Source: Camelus ferus (taxonomy: Eukaryota). From it: a stretch of DNA of 64,000 nucleotides. This document shows positions 26,267 to 39,920 of this stretch, piece by piece. Position numbers and translations under genes: made by a program. Position 1 is the stretch's first letter; every line of letters starts with the position of its first letter. The stretch is from the NCBI RefSeq assembly GCF_009834535.1, contig NC_045697.1, forward strand, positions 84,322,001-84,386,000, read 5' to 3'. The notes beneath the pieces are model-generated. The model was given only the letters and a program-made list of their open reading frames with translations. It did no database searches and had not been told where the DNA came from.

Positions 26267-29200
26267 AAATTCCCTGTTTTTCTAAAGTCAAAGAGAATCA
26301 TTCCTGAGTTTTATCAGTTACTTACTTAAGACAAATGATAACCCTTCTTTTATTCAACTATTTCTTATTATGAAGTCTATTTACACAACAAAAGGGACAC
26401 ACTGGGACACACCTGTGGAAACTTTATGGGAATTAATACATTTATAAAGTGTACAGTCTCCTTGAAGCCCATAAAGCATGTGTGGAAAATAACACACTTG
26501 GGTAAGGTACATTTATAAGGGTCATTTAAAAATCATTGAATTTCATATTTTTGGTGAAAGCCTCATGACAAAGGTTTATATTCGGCCTGTGGCAAGGTCT
26601 CTGGTAACCCAGCGGAAAGCAGAGACACGTGGCTACATGGCTACACAGTTTGCTCAGCTGTATAATCTCCATACAAAACGGTCACGCAAAGGCCTTCTGC
26701 CTGCCTTGGGCACCAAGTGTCAGTTCTCAAGAGCTAGAACAGAAATTACAGAAACAACTTCTGATAGTCAACTATTAAGAAAAGGCTCCTTATTCAGAAA
26801 ATTATTTATTAAAATAAGTCTGAAAACAAGGGCAAACACTGAACTTGGTCTTCCGCAGAACGTCAGATTTTTCCAATTAGCTTCAGTGTTTTAGAGGGGA
26901 ATTTTGTTATGTCACTCCCTCATGTTCACTTAGTATAAATGTTAAATGTTTTTTCCTCAGTGATCCATTCTTTAGGGAGATTACTTTCAGGGATGCTCAG
27001 TCAGGTGTTGTAAGTTCTCCTTAGCAGTCCCCGAGCCCTATGCCTGCACGCCTGCTGGGGCACTCTTCTGTGCAGAGCAGTCTGGGTCCCGCTTTTTGAA
27101 TAAAGCCACTTGGACAGCCATCACATTACACTTTACAGAAGACTAACATCTCTCTTCCCCACGTTTAACACATGCAGAAAATGTGTTTTTAAAGAAAACC
27201 CCCCACACAATTAGTTTACAAGGCTGTTAGAAAATATCGTTCTCTAAAAAGGAAGGGAAACCAGATGAGAAAGATGAGAAAGAAATCTGCTAATACAAAG
27301 AGAGGTGACTGTTCGACTCAACATGTGGAACCAAATCTTAGAGAGAAAAAAGAAGTGAATAAGGCATAGCAGGACTACATTAGTATATTTTCTTCAGTAA
27401 CTATATTAACATTTTCCTTCTTTCTAACATTATATAAATGGATTCCTTCAAATCTCTATAGGGAAGAGGCACCAACTATAAAAAACTTGAATAATGAGCA
27501 TATGGTTTTTCAAAACCATATAAAGAAGGCAAATGTCAAGATTCCAATAAAGTACGTATATGCTTAAAAGTAAAACTTCAGAGAAAATGTATGGCTGCAA
27601 CTGAGACTAATACACACAGATTTGGTTAACATCTAGTTAGTATATAAGAAGCTCAAGAACAGTGCCATCATACTTTGGAATTCAGGCTACCACTGGAAGT
27701 AATCCTCTAGTAAAATCAAAGCAAAACAGGTCATATTAGCTTGTCAAATGAAAGTAGGAAGAATCAAACATTACATCTTGCAGTGTGGAAAGGATACAGC
27801 CCAGTTCATGTTATGACATCTATAAAAATGAATGCATCAACTGCTAGTGCACAGGAGGTCCAAAGGACCCAAACTGATTCAGAGTATTTCTAGCACCTTT
27901 TGAGGAGGAAGGTGCCTTCCTGGATGCCTTAAGTTACTACAGTTCAGTGACACTAATTATCAAGATCATAGGGTCAACTCCTCTTTATTATTATCTGCTC
28001 AAAATTTTCCATTTATAATTTGACTATTCATGTAGATTTCCCCCAAAAGTGAGGGAATGTGATGATCATCTTGATATACGCAAGTGGATCTACACTCTAA
28101 CACTGCCTGAGGCATGAGAGATTTGGGTCAGGTGTCAGGCTCAGCCCCTCACTGCTGTTACCTGCAGCAACCACATGCATGCCCAATCAAGAGGGGTCAC
28201 GTGAAGCTTCTGGCTCTTAAGGTTAAAGTCAAGATGAGGTATAAATTCCGTCCTAAGAAGTCCTGCCTAAGTGGTCAGCTCCTCCCTCTCTCGCTATTTT
28301 GATATGGTAGAAATTTCAGGATCACATCAGGGTCTCAGTCTGCTTTTAGATACATTACTTCTGATGAAAGAAACTGCTGTAAAGTAGAAGGTACAGGGAC
28401 TGGACTGAATCAGCACTGACTCCCTGACAAAATTAAGAAGATTATTTAAAAAAACTACCCTAATACCTATTTATTTACTGTTCTAAACAAGAGAAGGTGG
28501 CAGAAAAAGGCAATCAATCAGACATTGTTACTTAACTTAACTGGACATCTTAACTAACAACTTTCTAATAACCATAACCAGGTCAGTTGGGGTTATTTTA
28601 CTTCTATCTCAGTAACTTGTGACTAAGGATTATTAAAAGGTATATGGCAAAATGCTTGTTTAAGGCCTTCTTTCTGCTGCACCCAATTTTGAGTCAAGAG
28701 AAAATTACATTAAAAAATAGATTTAAAATGAGTTTTTTAATCTCAAGTAAAGCAAGGGGAAAAAAAGGATTCTGAATTTCCTATCAACTTTGTTATATTT
28801 TTGTTATGACTAAAAAACTTTTTGGAACAGGGGCATAAATATTTAGTATACTTAAAAAACATTTTTAAATTCTCTTAAGAACTAATTTCTAAAAATAAAA
28901 ATTAAGAAGTATTTGATGGCTTTTCAATTTATTTTAGGTTTTAAATTGCAATAAATCATCAGACATGTGACTAAGACAGCAATTTTGGTAATTGCTGGAC
29001 GACACAGGCACCTGTATAGTGGGGGCTGCAAAGGAATTTTTATTAGGTTGACAGAAAACAAGAATTGAAATCAGTTCCTGAATCTCAACCAATTTAAATG
29101 AATTATTTGACCTACAAACTATGTAATAATCCTAAATTTCACAATGCAGCTGCCAGAAATCTATTTTCCAAATGGAACAACAGATGGTTTTGAACAATAC

Positions 29201-29834
29201 TGCAATATAGCAATTTTCAGTTTTTCCAGTGTTTTTCTCTTGCTAAAATTATAAACATAATTGTGAAAATAATTTTCAGATTTTTCTGAGACTATGCTAT
29301 TTTCAAAGTGAAAAGCAAAGTTTAATATCCCAGTGGATTTTTTTTTAGCTTTACCTTTAAAAATGTCTCTATTTGCTAGTTTTTATTTATCTGAAACTAC
29401 ATATGGCAGAATGTAGCCTTGCCCTCATTTTAGAGCTAACTTAATCCCACAGTGCCTGCAAGCTCTTCAGAATGTACCTCTCCTTGTGATAACTTTCAGC
29501 TCACAGTATGCAGTTAGTTCAAAACTTTATCACTCTAGGAGGATTAGACAAATGGGCCAATTAAGCCTGATGTGGGAGATACTTTAAACCTCTTAACTTC
29601 TTAAATAATTGAAAAACTCCTCATTCTTCCAAACATCACCATGAACAAAATAAATACAGCCAATTCGAATGAGGCTAACCCCAAAAGACACTTCACCTTT
29701 CAGATGAAATCACCTCAAGTTCCTTCAACTGTTCTTGGCAAGATGACTCAGCTTCCTACTTGGTGATCTAATCAATAAAGTGTACAAGTCCTCATTCTTC
29801 CTCCTTCTCTCTGAGCTCATTCTCTCCAGGGCTG

Positions 29835-30070
29835 TGCAATGAAGTGTGGGCTCTGGGTCTGGACTGCCTGGATTTAGGACTGGTGCCATCACTCCCAGTC
29901 TGGGTAGGACAGTCTCAACTCTCAACCTCTAACTCCATTTTCAAAATGCTAATAATACTGACCTTACAGGGTGGCTGTGGATTAAATACACTTAGTTCAC
30001 ACACACAAAGAAAGTCAAACACGCCAGGTATATGTTAAGTGCTTAGTAAGTGTAGCTAGTCACTATTATT
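29835..30070 (+). mobile_element. MIR SINE
   Basis: gggctctgggtctggactgcctggattt ... accttacagggtggctgtggattaaat. Confidence 0.65.
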
Positions 30071-30099
30071 ATATCCCTTTTCTCTTGTCTTGGCCAAAG

Positions 30100-30930
30100 A
30101 AATGTCTCTTTAGTGCCTCAGCCACTTCAAAGTCCAGCTCTCTTTCCGTCTTGCCGTGTTAGTCTCACACTCACCCTAGATGTCCCCCTTTGACCAAGAA
30201 TACGTTGGCTCTCTTGCTTGTGAGCCACCCCTGCTCAAACACACAGCAAAACAATAAAAAAACTTCACAGAATTCAGCCAACACCCTTCTCAGCTACTTC
30301 TCTTTCATACAAAACCTACATTCTTCACATAGTCTATATTCATTTCCTCAACTTTCTCACCATTTACTCTTCCCTTTTGCAGTTGCACTCCTGAAGCTGC
30401 CTTTTCAATAATCACCACATCACTGAACCCAGCAGCCTTTTCTCAGTCTTATTTCTCAACCTTTCTATGACAATTGATGGGATCTCCTTCCTTTCAAACT
30501 GTTCCACTTGCCCTTTGTGCCACTGCTGTATCCCAAGTCTGCCTCCCTGCTGAACCACCACTTTCCTTAGCTGGTTTCTCTTCCTATACCTTCCACCTAA
30601 ATCTCTAGAGTTCTGCCCTCAGCTTTTCATATCTTTCTGCACTCTCCCCCAACTGCTCCATTCCCATCATTTCATGATCACGGGACTCCCCCATATCCCA
30701 TGATTAAACTTCCAAATCGCCGCCTCTAGTTCTGACTACCAGCCCCTCACCACTCCAGTCCTGCCCTCCCTAGTTGTTGATGATGCCCATTTGGCTGTTC
30801 TATCAGCACCTCAAACTTACCATGTTCTAAATCAAATTTATCCATTTTCCTTCTTAATGTTTCCCCTTTTATTAATGAATGGGGCTCTCATTCTTAGAAT
30901 TACCTAGGTCAGAACATTGGATTCATCACT
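30100..30930 (+). mobile_element. L2 fragment
   Basis: Pyrimidine-rich; ttctcagtcttattt; cagcacctcaaacttaccatgttctaaatcaaattta. Confidence 0.6.
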
Positions 30931-31947
30931 GACCTCTCTCCCTAATAGCTCGTCACAGAGAAGGCAGTGGTTATGTGCATGTGCTCTGGAGAGACACTGT
31001 GTGAGTCTGTATCCTCACTCCCCACTTCCTGCCAGTGTGACCTTAGGCAAGTGTGACCTTAAGAAGCTTGGCTTCTCCATCTTCAGCGTGGCCTTCACAG
31101 CAGAGCTGTGCACTTTCCATGAGAAAATGGGTGTAGGGGCACAGAGGGTGAGCATCTGGCTAGCCATGACAATGATGACAAAGAAACAGAATCTCAGTGA
31201 TCCATTCATACCCTTCTCATTCCTTACGTGACTCTCGTCACATCTCACACAGACTTTATCTACGTGGCCTCAAGTAAATTTAAACTCAGAGGTCCAGCCT
31301 TGGTTGTAAATGTGTAAATGCCTTAAACGTTCATTAATCTCAACCGAGGCAATCTCAGTCAAGACCTAGAACATGTGACATTCTACTTCCATGTCCATGT
31401 GCTTTTCTCACATAGCATCCTAAATAAGAATGTAATGAGAATTCAGGAACTGATCTTATTTGAACCCAATTTCACATAACATTCCATAAGCCATATGGTC
31501 AGAAATTAAAATCACTCTCAATTCTTGATAATGAAGAACACGTTATCAGTATCAAGCTATAAAATCTTTATTGTCGTTACTCTAGCCAAACAACTGCCTT
31601 GCAGTCACCTGTCCACACTTTCCCAGGAACTGAAAACTAAATTTAATTCTGGCTTAAGAAAGATGTAAAGATTATAACAATTATTGGAAAAAAATCAGAA
31701 TCATACAATGTATTGCAAAATCAGTATGTTATTATCTTGTGCTCTGTGTTACCAGTGACTTGGCAGCCCTGTAAGAAAGTGGACGTGGTTAAATACTTTT
31801 ATAAATGTCTATCCAAATATTTACCACATTTAATTAAATATCTAGGGGACCATTACCAGAAGAAGCAGTTACTGGAGAGAAGCATGATTTTTATTAGTTA
31901 GCTGCCTGTAGTTAGTCATTTTTATAAAGAAAAAGGAGGAGGATTAC

Positions 31948-32007
31948 CGCTAGGGACTGGAGCTCTCTTGTTTCTTCCTCTGCTGCTGAAGCATGATAGG
32001 ACAGAAC
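31948..32007 (-). CDS. PDE5A: PDE5A coding exon 11 (60 nt): [20 protein letters not shown]
   Basis: Manual translation; acceptor cctgcag|GTT, donor GCG|gtaatc. Confidence 0.96.
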
Positions 32008-34137
32008 CTGCAGGGTAAGAAAAGAAGAAACGCAGGTTTACAGGAGAGGACTGCCAAATGGAGACTACAATTTCAAGCTTGGGATTTTGCTAAAGCTTCC
32101 CGCAGAGATAACTAGACTCCTCAGAATGCCGTATCTTGTTTGCTGCTTTCTTTAACAGAAAGAAAACCCCAGATTTTGATTCAATTGCTTATTTTGGAAA
32201 CAAAAAGTTATACTCTCTATGTTCAAAGAAAACACTTATCACTTTTATTCTGACATTGTTGATATAACAAACATATTATTTATAAGCCATACTATTAGCT
32301 CAAACTTGGCATAAAATTTATTTTGTGTTGCTTTTAAAAACAAATACTGACTTCAGTTATTTTGACTTGTGCACAGAATTAAGAAAAAGATCTTTGTATA
32401 AAGTGACATTTTTAGCTTTGCTATTTGGAAAGGAAGTAGTCTAGAAGTGGCTCTCGGATTAGGCCTGTAACCACTGTAGAATTCCTAAGGAAAAACTGCA
32501 TGGCTGAGATATAATGTCACACAGACTCAGGGATCCCTTTATACTCATAGGATTCAAGAGCTGAGAACAGGGCTGGCCTATAAATCCATCCAGGAACAGC
32601 GGACACCTACGCTCAGGGATTCTCACGACCTGGCTGCGAGCTCACACCCAGTGAGGAGACAAGAGGGCCCAGGACCCAGCTTTCAACTCCTAGTACACTT
32701 TCCGTTAACCTCGTGGAGTAAGTTATAAGAAGATAGTAAATCAGGTTTACTATCTTCTCATACGATTTAACATGAGACTCATTAATTCCCATTTTCAAAA
32801 GTGATAGCTACTAAGTAATGGGATAATATTTTAGACATTCTTTTAAATCAAAGTAGTGGCTGCATTTAAAATGGTCTATCATATTTTTAAAAATATATTT
32901 TTAAAGCCCATTTTTAACAGAGTCGACACAGATTTACTAAAACCCCCAAAAGTTTTAAAATCAATGATAACAAGGTATCCCATTTTCAGACTTTAAATGG
33001 GGAGCCAAGTAATTCAGCAGCCCAAACTAGTTGTCCATGAACCATGTTTTAAAATTTTAAGCAATTTAAAATCTAAAGCCAAATGGTACACGTCTACCAT
33101 CTTGTGATTCAGAATGTAATAATATCATGCCACATGGGATCTGTCTTAGCATTGGAACCCATTAATCATGAGAAACCTCAGGAAACTTGGAGCTGCTATC
33201 TCCTGTTCCTGTGAAACTGACAGGTCACAGCTGCTAACCCGCTGACACCCCAGAGGTGGTTTGCTGAGAAAAGCTAAGACTGTGACCATGACTTAGTCTT
33301 ACATAAATCCGAGCACTGCAACATGGATAAACGAATAAAGAAATAACACAACACTGTAAGTTCCACAAGTTAATTTTATCACACAATGAAGATAAAAGCA
33401 GCACCCTACTCATCGGGTTGTAGAGATTACTTGTTTTAGAACAAGTGAGAACAGAGCAAGCATTTACCAAAGGCTAGCTATTATTGTTGTTGTTTTTCTG
33501 TCATAGTGATCATGTCTTCCAGGTCAAAATAATTCCCTGTCATAAGGAAATAGGAGTGGTTTGTGTCCCTAGCTTTTATCTAATGCTTCCTAAGAAAAAT
33601 TTTTTCAAGGTTAAACCTGTGATCATAGGTATGACTTCCTATAATGAACTGAAATTAAACACACCATGTGAAAGCCTAATTACTCATATATTTAACTGAA
33701 GTAAAACTTCAGTGCAAAAATAGAAATAAATCTCAATTGGGAAAATATTTGAAGATTTTGAACAAAATGATATGGTACCTGAGACTTGCTTCAAAATTAT
33801 CAATGGATTAACAGGGAAGAAGAATGCAGAGAAGTGAAAAAGGGTATGGATGGAATGAGAGTAGCCATGGATCCTTAATTATTGAAGATGGCTAATGAGC
33901 ACATGGGGGCTCATTAAACTATTCTTTCTACTTCTGTATATGTTTGAAAAATTCCATACTAGAAAGCTTTTTTTAAAAAAAAAATTTCTAATCAATAGCT
34001 GGCTTAGATTCATTTCTTCAGTGCAAAACCATGGAAATGGCAAAAAATTAAAAATTAAAGTCATGCACATATGCACACATGCACACACGTACACATATGT
34101 ATATGAGCAGATAAATGTAATTTGAAACATACGTATA

Positions 34138-34183
34138 TGTGTGTGTGTGTGTGTATATATATATACACACACACACACACACA
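34138..34183. repeat. (TG)8(TA)6(CA)9 compound microsatellite
   Basis: Read directly. Confidence 0.95.
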
Positions 34184-34647
34184 TACATATATTTGAAACT
34201 GAGATTTCCACTGGTTTATAATACAAAGTCTCTTATGTAACACTACAGCAAAACTATTAGTTTTATATATATATTCATGGTGGAAAGTGAAGTGTACCAT
34301 CTTGGTTATTGGTTAATCTTGACTTATGCATATCTTTCTAGCTCTTGAGTTTAACTATTTTTTCATTAGGGATTGAAGGAAAAGTTACCATCCATATCCC
34401 AAACATTGATTCCCAATAATCTTGACTAGGTAAGTGTAGGCAAACATTCAAATATATTTCACACTAGCGTTTGAATGACTAAGTAATGCCCTATATGAAG
34501 TCCATTTCCCCAAACTGGTCTATGATGTAAGAAATTCCTGTGTTACAGGAAGTGAACATTTTCAGGCAGTTAGTGAAATACACTTGGAAAGGACTGGCCC
34601 CACTTAGGTAGGATAGTCCTACTGGGGAAGGAGGTCAGTTCCTCAAG

Positions 34648-34800
34648 CCAGTGGTTCACATTCAGAATCAGCTGGGGGAGCTCTGTAATCATGTAGACTC
34701 TCAGCCTCTTCCCAAGACTTACTGAATCAGAATTTTCAGAAGCGGGATCCACAAATCTGCAGTTTGAAAGTCTCCCCTTTCCTCATTTCTGATTCTGAGT
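34648..34800. mobile_element. MER5-like MITE
   Basis: cagtggttc ... agaatcagctggg ... acttactgaatcagaattt ... gattctga. Confidence 0.6.
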
Positions 34801-35198
34801 GTGTAGGATTTCTGTGTTTGTTTTTTATAGTGTGTGAACACAACTGCTCATGAGGAGAGACGGGGAGGCTCAGGCAATGGGGAAGGGACAGATGGTGGCA
34901 GCAGACATCTGTGTGAAGGGATTATTACGGTCAAGGATTGCTTTCTACCAAAAACAAGCAGAGGACTGAAGGGACAAATGGCTTGAGTTCTGGTTTGGTG
35001 ATATGACCTTTGACAAGTTTCTAAAATATTCTGGGGTCTCAGTTTCATCAGCTGTTTAAAAGAGGAAATAAGGATCTGATCATCTAAATCATGATTCTCA
35101 TGAGGATACAAAGATATAACAGACAGACACCAAGTGTCATTACGAGAAAGAGGTGCAAGCTGAGGGGCCACAGAGACGGAGAATTCCTGTAAGTGTCA

Positions 35199-35441
<243 letters not shown>

Positions 35442-36057
35442 TCACAAACACCTCCCTTCCCGAAGACTGTTATACACTTCTTTCTTGGGACTGCTTACCA
35501 TCGCCAAACATGCAAACGAATCTTCACAAACATAAGCTAGAAAAGTTAACTGAATGCATTTACATAAGAACTTGTTTCACAGAGTCTTAAATGTATGTTG
35601 CCTGTGTTCAAAAAATCCTAGAGCGCTATTTTCTTCCAGACTTGGTCTCAAATTCTACATCAGTTGAGTCCCCAAAGACAATTTGTCCTTTGAAGACTAA
35701 TTGGATTTTTGTACACTTGCCAAGAGAACAATTTTGATGCACATCAGAATTTTGGGTCACACAGACTGTCTTCCCTTACTGAGAAACCAGAAGTTAAAAA
35801 ATACAATTACATACAAATAGAAACAGGCAATTCATACAGACCATCTCAAATTTCAAATATGCACCTCTGCATCCAGGAGAATGATATTTGCAGATCATTT
35901 CTGATACTGCAAATAAATGCCCATAGAAGTAACTATTTACTTAGAGAGAAAAGCAGAACTAACCTTTGAAGAAAATCATAATATAACCTCCAAAGTCCTG
36001 GCCTCTCTTAGAAAGTCAAACATATATAGCCAATATAAGTGTAAGATTACATCAAAT

Positions 36058-36286
36058 CTTTTTTTAAAAAATTTTTATTGACATATAGTTGATTTACAAT
36101 GTTGAGTTAGTTTCAAGTGTACAGTGAAGTGATTCAGTTATACACAGATATTCTTTTTTAGATTATTTTTCATCAAAGGTTATTACAAGATACTGTAGTT
36201 CCCTGTGCTATACAGTAGGACCTTGTTGTTCATGTAGTTTATATACAGTACTGTATATCTGTTAATCCCAAACTCCTAATTTATCC
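36058..36286 (-). mobile_element. 5'-truncated L1 3' end (cetartiodactyl-type) with 12-bp TSD ATTACATCAAAT
   Basis: tttttattgacatatagttgatttacaatgtt ... gttccctgtgctatacagtaggaccttgttg ... aactcctaatttatcc; direct repeats at 36046-36057 and 36287-36298. Confidence 0.92.
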
Positions 36287-36429
36287 ATTACATCAAATTT
36301 TTATTGAACTACTTGCTCTATGGGATTTTGAGCTTACTGGTTTCTGAGAGGAGTCTGGTGACCTCCTACCTCTGGGTAAAACAGTGCTAGTAAAGTCCTA
36401 TTTCTTCTACATCTGTAATAGAGACTTCC

Positions 36430-36615
36430 ACCATGTGCCCACTGTGGGGTAGGTGTTGTGCTTAGAGCTTTAGGACACATATGAACTCTAGTCTGCACAA
36501 TTTACACTGTGTGACATGCCCATTTTATAGATGAAGAAACTGAGTCTCAGAAAGGATAAGTCATGTGCTCCAGGCCACTTAGCTAGTATGCTTAGGTCTA
36601 AAATTCGAACCCCAG
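36430..36615 (-). mobile_element. MIR SINE
   Basis: cccattttatagatgaagaaactgagtctcagaaagg ... attcgaacccc. Confidence 0.75.
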
Positions 36616-39146
36616 CTCAGCCTAGCCCCATAGGCCAGTTCATTGCCACACTGCTGGGCTGAGCTCCTTACCCCACTCAGTTCATTGCTGGCAGTTCCCT
36701 GACTGCATCTTTCTCGCCCACACCTTTGCCTATGCTTTTGCACTGGCTTGCACTGCTCCCTACTGCACTCTCCTGTTATCTAGTAGATTCCTACATTCCC
36801 TTCACAAGGAGATCCCAGAGGCCCCCACTTCCAGGGTGAGGCAGGCACGTCTCCTTTCTATCCCCTTAACTTTATTGCTTGGAGTATCATGGTGTATTTT
36901 ATTTCTGTCTCTCTAGACTGCACTTATCTTGGGCTTAGAGATTTAATTTTTTCAGTTCCACTTCCTTAGCTAGCAATGCCCGGCATACAACAGGACTCAA
37001 AAAATGTTTACTGACTTAATGAAAGAACGCAGGACTGTGGCTCTGACCCAAACTACTTTCCCATGAAGACCATAGCCTGTTATCTCTTATTTTTCCTGGA
37101 GCACAGAAGGATTTCAGAGTCCATGATGATGCCTGGTTGCAAATGAAGTCCCTTTGTTACCACTGATGTACACTGTATTTTTAACACTATAAAGTATCTG
37201 TATTCTCATTCTGCTCTTTTTTTGTTTGTGGGAGTTCTCCTACTTTAGACAGTAAAGTCACCCTTATCTATCTGTATTTGTACGACAGAGATTACGTCTC
37301 TCACACTTATTCCATTATTAAGAAAAACTTTAAGCAAAACATAATGAATTTGGACACTGCAAGTAAAAACCATGACTAAATGGCAAATGGCATTCAGTAT
37401 CTTAAAAGACCATGTTCCATGTATGGTAAAAATGCAAGGGTTATGTCCTCCATCCTTTGTAAATCCTCAAATTATAAACATGGAGCTGTTTATATAGCCT
37501 GGCTATCTCTCAACTCACATTTTTTTTTTGTCAGTCACATGTTCCATGCCCTTATCCTTCACAATGTAATTGCTTTTCAATTTTTACTAAAGTTTTCTCC
37601 TACTTGGTAGCCACTTTTCATAAATAAGATTTTTCTTTTCACCACTTCATAAGATTGACTGCATGTATGGGAAGGAAAAGATGACCAGGAGGGCTGGGAC
37701 GTGGCCATTAGGCAGCCTGCCAGGCTTAGGATTGAGCTAAGTAACTCTCTCCTGGACAGCGGATCACATCTGTCTCAGTCAAAAGTCACTGAATGAATAC
37801 ATTAAGCGGTATTAATGAATACCTTATAAATCTAAAGGTAATGAAATGGAATGGTAAGTGTATAAATAGGAAGAGTAGGCTGTAACAACCACAGCTCAGA
37901 ATTGTCTATGTCACAATCCAACCCCTATGGATACAGATATGCAGACACAGAAGCAAGAAAAGGGGGGAAGACAAATTATCTAACCCTTTAGGCATGTAAT
38001 TTAATTCTTCTTTGAAAGCAGTCATATTTACACAGCATTCATAACAATCCTGCTGATCTCTTCACACCTTTCACAAAATTTAATTGTATCAAACAAAAAT
38101 ACTCAGGTTGGGGGGAAGAAAAGCTATGAAGAAGAAAAATGTTTATAACAAACAGGGCTCTTTGTTTCAGAAAATGTAAATCTTGAGCTCATTTACAGAT
38201 AGTTTTCACAATTTATTCATTAAAGATCTGGATGAGTGGATAAAAGGTATGATAATGAAATTTAAAACTCATCATTTGAGATGCCACATCTACTGTAAGT
38301 CATATAAAATCAGAACCACATACATAAAAGAATGTAGTTATTCCAGAACCAAAAATAAAACAAAACCACTCAGTGAAAACCAATCAATATATACAATCAT
38401 AAGAAAAAATATTCAAAAACATATTAGGAGAAAACCAGGAAGTAGTACAGTTAGGTAGCAAAATATCAGTGTTACTTAAAATTAATAGAGTTCAGAAATA
38501 CTTGTACAGACATTACTTCATGTGGTCATCACAGCAGCTCTGAGAGCTAGTTGGCACTGAAAGCATCTCTGGAAATTATGCTGAAGGGAAGAGACTGTTT
38601 CTAAAAATCACACAATTATGCTTCCTTTTCTATAATTCCAGGGATCAGATGTTGCTACCAACCACAGTTTTCCTCCTGGTTTCTTGGCAGAACAGGGGGT
38701 GAACTCTTCTATCCTGCCTGTAGACCCATGTCCTCTCTACCACACAGCATCCATAATTAGCATCCTGTCTTGTTAATATGTTAAGGCCTGCCCTTACACC
38801 TTATCACCTATCTTGCAAATATCTATTTGTACTTATCACTTGTCAATTATCTTTATTTAGAGAGGTTTTTCTGCTGTGTAAAATAATTTCTCAAATAACT
38901 GAGTCATCTTTTAAGTTTTCAACTATAGTGTCTCGCTTTTAAAAGAAGCTTCCCCAATTTTTCCCCATTTTAAGATTACATATAAACCTATATTTTCCTC
39001 TAGTACTTTTATAGTTTCATCTATCACACTTAATCTTCTAATTCTACTTAAATTTTTCCCCTGAATTGCTACTGGATTCTTATAAAACTTAAATAGTTAT
39101 CCATTCTCTAATCATTTGAATTGCCACCTTAAATAATAAATTCATA

Positions 39147-39300
39147 CTTATTTCAACTATGTACTTTTCCCACATTTTAATTTTATGGTATTGTATGTAT
39201 ACTAATCAAATTCTTGTCAATTGAAATCATTTTTTTCTTTCTTAGAGGTACATAAAATGGTGTCTTTCAATCAATGGCATTTAGGAACAATGAAGTATAC
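39147..39300. mobile_element. MER104-like TcMar MITE nested in the old L1
   Basis: catttttttctttcttagaggtacataaaatggtgtctttcaatcaatggcattt matches the recalled MER104 consensus. Confidence 0.6.
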
Positions 39301-39857
39301 TATATCATACATGATAACACAAACATTATATACACCAGACTTGGGTCTGCATTTAGACTTTCTATTGTGTTCCATCAATCTTGCCATCTCTTTTAGCACA
39401 CATATAGTAATTTTAATTATGCTACTTTAACAGCATTATGTTAATTTCTGGTAAGGCAAATCTCTATCCATCAACTCTGACTATGTTATTCTTTGAGATG
39501 AGTTTTATAAATGATTCTTTTTATGTTATTCTTTCAGATAAATTTTATATATGTTGTTCAAGAACTCCCCCCTCTCCTGAAAAAAATCTTACAAAGATAT
39601 GTATTAGAATTGATGTAAATCTAAACTGCAAAAATTACCAGCTTACAAAACAGATTCTTATTGTCAGGAAATGTTCTGCCAGTTCACTTATGAAAAATTT
39701 TCAAGTTACTCAGTAGACTTTTATAGTTTTCCTCATCTAGATGTTCCTATATCTGGCAAAGTTTCTTTCTTGTTACTATTGTCAATGGGATTGTTTTCCA
39801 TTATTATTTATCTTGGCATGTAAGAAAGTTATTTTTCTTTAATAATTTGATAGCCAG

Positions 39858-39920
39858 ACATTGTGGTATATACCAGAAACTGACACATTGTAACTGACTA
39901 TACTTCAGTAAAAAAAGAAA
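39858..39920 (+). mobile_element. 63-bp L1 3' terminus with perfect 18-bp TSD
   Basis: ccagaaactgacacattgtaactgactatacttcagtaaaaaaagaaa between TAATAATTTGATAGCCAG at 39840-39857 and 39921-39938. Confidence 0.9.
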
